Source: Antedon mediterranea (taxonomy: Eukaryota > Animalia > Echinodermata). From it: a DNA stretch of 64,000 nt. The notes beneath the pieces were generated by a model. That model made no database searches. It saw nothing but the letters and a program-made list of their open reading frames with translations, and was not told where the DNA came from. Shown here piece by piece: positions 60,506-64,000 of this stretch. The position numbers and the translations under genes are program-made. Position 1 is the stretch's first letter. Each line of letters opens with the position of its first letter. The stretch is taken from positions 29,013,648 to 29,077,647 of the forward strand of contig NC_092673.1 of NCBI RefSeq assembly GCF_964355755.1, given 5' to 3'.

Positions 60506-63020
60506 ATGAGTACTGCTGTAGACATTAAAGATAAAGAAGCATTTCAGGCAGCATTGTCATCCATAAGATCTGACCAAGCGGAACTCGCTCGGCAAAGCTG
60601 GGCTCTGATTGGCCACGTAGATAAAAATCCAAATGTGATTAGTCTCGTTGACACTGATAATAGCTCCCAGGCTCAAATCAGTGATTTCGTTTCAAAGTTG
60701 TCTGACGACCTTGTTTTGTATGGACTTTTGCGCCACTCAGTGACCGTCGATATGACGGTAGCTGTCAAATTTATCTATGTCCATTGGTAAGTAAAAGTTC
60801 TGCCTCAACCTCAAATTTCTCTTTTTATTTGAGGAATCTAATGACACTTTTGAAACAGTGGTACACTTCTTGAATGAAGGTGCGTCCAGAGTAAGTAAAA
60901 TAAAAGTTAAAGAAAAACAAAAATTTAATAGGCCTATTTACAAGGAAACTTGAATTAATTATGTACAAATGTAAAAAAAAAATATATATATAATTTCTCA
61001 TTTGTACACAACCAAGAAAAATGATTGACTATATTATCGTGATTTTTTTTCACAGGATAGGATCAAATGTTCCGGGTTCTAAAAAGGGTCGTTTTGGTGT
61101 TGTCCATGGAAGTGTAAGAGCCCAAATTGGTGATGCTCATCTCACTATTGAAACAAGTAGTCTTGATGATCTTAACTTGGAATTAATAACTAAACAGGTA
61201 CATAGAGTTATTGTATTACGACTAGAGGGGGAGATAGAGTACTTATACCTCTATGGTATACACACATATCTAATTAACATATAAATATTATCATATACTG
61301 CTAAATGCTGTACTAATAATTCATTTACTTTACAAATAAACATTTTGGGAGATAATATTTATTTATAAAAAGGAGATTTTAAAAAGATTACATTTTTATT
61401 TTGCTTGTCAGTTAGAGGAAAGCAGTGGTGTCTACAATAAAGTTTTGGAAAATGCAAAACATGGATTACCAGAAAGAGGTTTCACACAGCATCAGGTGAA
61501 AGACACAAAGAAAACCGTACAAGCAATCGCTGTGCCAAGCGGCCCAGGTGTGAATGCAAATGAAGATTTAATGACATCTGTAAAAAATCTGCATAGTGAT
61601 GATGATCCAACAACGTGGGTGGCTGCAGGATTTGACAATGGAGACGTTAAAAAACCGCTTGTTCTGTTGTCGGAAGGAACCGGAGATAGTGATGAGATTA
61701 AAAATGTTTTAGAAGATGACAAAGTTATTTATATTCTTTATAGGAAAACTGACGTTGTACATGAAGTGTCAACCGTTAAGTTTATCTTTATTGCGTGGTA
61801 AGTTAGAACAGCCGTAATAAAAAAGTTTGAATAACTTCAATTGTACACTTCGAGGGTGTACCATAATGCTCAACTCTCCCAATACTGGACACCTTTGGGC
61901 TATCCAAATATGTCTGGTTTTTCGTAATGTGTTTTTTTATGGTAAAAATGAGTTTGGGAACTTTTGGATCCCGAAAAAAATCTGGTATTTGGAGAGTTTG
62001 TGGTTTTCAGAGAGTCCGGTATTGGAAGAGTTGACTAGTTGATGTCAAACATAATTTTATTTTAACCCAAAAAATTAGGTAGACGCATAAAAAAACAATT
62101 ACTGTACCAGAAATAAAAAATAAAGATGCTTGTGCTTTAAGGCTGATTCCAAAAAAGGAAAGATTAAGAATTTTGCCTAGAAAGGTTGAGAATAGAATAG
62201 ATTGAGAGATCAATACCACATTATTTATTTATTGTAGGGTTGGAGAAAACGTAAAACCCACGATGAAAGGAAAAGTGTCGACCAAGAAGTCCGCAGTGGA
62301 AAAACTGTTTGTGCCACACCACGTATCAATGTTCATGTCAAGTATGGCTGAGTTATCAGAACACAGTATTGAGCGTGCAGTGAGTATTCAATTATTAATT
62401 AAAAGCTCTGTCAAACTAGTTTAACAAAAAAAAGTGTGATGTTCCCAAATATGGTGGTGGTGATATGCCAAAATATGGTAGGGATATTAATTAATCATGT
62501 CCGTATATGGGCACATCACATTTTTTTGATAGTGTAGACAGAGCTTAAGATTAAGCAATAACGTGTTACTGTTACCATAAATATTTTGACCTTTGACCTG
62601 ATATATTGCTTCATTTGAAGCTAGATATTGATCTAATTTCTTTTCACAAACTAAAACTTTTTTTCCCCAAATTTATTTTGTATTTAAGACAGGACCACAA
62701 TGTAAAACAGGTTTTCTTTTACCTGGTTGTGTAATCCTGGATAAATGTGTTGTTAAATAAAGAAAATTAATCATACAAAAATAAGTATTTAATGTATTGA
62801 ATAAATAAATATGAAATTACCTTGAATAAACTGTATAGTATAAAGTGTATAGTTATTATTCATAATACAATATGAAATATTCATATTAGAACATGAATTA
62901 TTCATATTAAAATATGAATTATTCATATTAGCACTTTACTTATTTAAATTAGTGTAATTAGAACATGTCATAAAAGTTTGTGATATTTATTTATTTTTTC
63001 AGATGAGTAACAGTGGATGA
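60506..63020 (+). CDS. Two-domain ADF-H (coactosin-like) actin-binding protein, 322 aa
   Basis: Exons 60506-60786, 61056-61197, 61412-61797, 62238-62379 and 63003-63020 are in phase. Each domain has the coactosin/drebrin-type KF(I).(V/I).W(I/V)G..V....K(G) motif. A non-coding exon 1 ends at donor 59994. Confidence 0.85.
61870..62035. mobile_element. Tc1/pogo-like MITE
   Basis: Imperfect TIRs TCAACTCTCCCAATACTGGAC and GTCCGGTATTGGAAGAGTTGA. Confidence 0.55.
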
Positions 63021-63358
63021 AATTCTGCCATTGACGTCACGGTTTAAAACATGCCATCAATCATATGTATTTGCAGACCTCATATTGGCGCATTTTGCCA
63101 AAGAGCTGATTAAGATAATATTCAAAAAATAATTCAAAATTAATATAGTATTTAATACATGGAAAAAGAGAAAGTATTATTGCAAGAGCAGACTGGAAGC
63201 CCCAGCATCGGAAGCTTTCTGGCACCAGTGGTCATATTCATTGTTCCTAGGCTAAGGAAAAGGCATTAAAAAAATTCCTTATCTGTAGTAAAACTCTGAA
63301 TTTTGCCGCGGCCCAACAGCAGTAGGCTGTAACCACAAATTATATGGGTGATGGGAAA

Positions 63359-63549
63359 ATTACAGGGAGATATTACAAGGAGATATTACAGGAAAATATT
63401 ACAGAGAGATATTACAGGGAAATACAGTATTACAGGGAGATATTACAGGGAAATGTTACAGGGAAATATTACAGGGAGATATTACAGGGAGATATTACAA
63501 GAAGATATTACAGGAAAATATTACAAGGAGATATTACAGGGAGATATTA
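63359..63549. repeat. Minisatellite, 13-bp unit, about 14 copies
   Basis: Unit ATTACAGGGAGAT. It explains the ORFs at 63344 and 63348. Confidence 0.93.
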
Positions 63550-64000
63550 AATGGAAATATGTTTCAGATTAAAAACCCATACTTATAGGTGAAAGGTGTT
63601 GTTAGAAGTTAAAAATTATGATAGTAGTGTCAATTAACTAATAATATACTGTAGGCAAACCTTATATAGACTTATGCTTTACTGTTTTGACTAACGTTTT
63701 CTACACTAAATAATTTATGATTTTTATGAAGTTTTGTAGTTTTTTTTACACTATTTAAAACACAATAGAAGTGTATTATATATTATGTGTTTTTTTGTTG
63801 ATGTTATATAAATGTGTTTACTTTATTAAGATATATAGAAATACAGTACTCTGTTATCTTTGAACAAATATCTAGTTTCCTATTCAGATCGAATGTATAC
63901 TCTATGTTTTAGTTGTGTGTGTGGGGGGGGGGGGGGGTGGTTGGAAGAGGGGAGATTATGATGTTATGATCCACTCCACTGTGAGTGCACTCTTATGTTA

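Overview
AT-rich, intron-dense animal genomic DNA. An invertebrate deuterostome, probably an echinoderm, is inferred from an NR2E6-type receptor, Deu/Nin-domain SINEs and AGGCCT-rich promoters. I spliced seven protein-coding genes by hand, each with an open, phase-consistent frame: LRSAM1 (+), PPP1R11 (-), PPT2 (-), UBL5 (+, head-to-head with PPT2, both coding introns U12-type), an NR2E6/PNR-like nuclear receptor (-), SCFD2 (+) and a two-domain ADF-H/coactosin-like gene (+). An eighth ORF is a one-domain partial duplicate of the ADF-H gene whose stop codon and 3' end come from a duplicated piece of SCFD2. Introns carry many transposons: three TWA-target MITE families, Kolobok-like TTAA elements, CAGG-ended elements with 5-bp target-site duplications (TSDs), a TGT-ended foldback element, L2 and CR1 LINE pieces and SINEs. 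The most unusual signals are (1) a mobile ~210-bp unit, present twice, carrying an invariant, fully foldable tRNA-like gene with the normally avoided anticodon ATC; (2) the chimeric SCFD2/ADF-H tandem duplication; (3) a 61-bp tandem repeat that copies an LRSAM1 exon end and builds a new consensus splice donor at every junction; and (4) a recurring promoter grammar of TAGAKGGCG plus AGGCCTAG clusters. All of this was read by eye, and family names rest on recalled motifs rather than searches.
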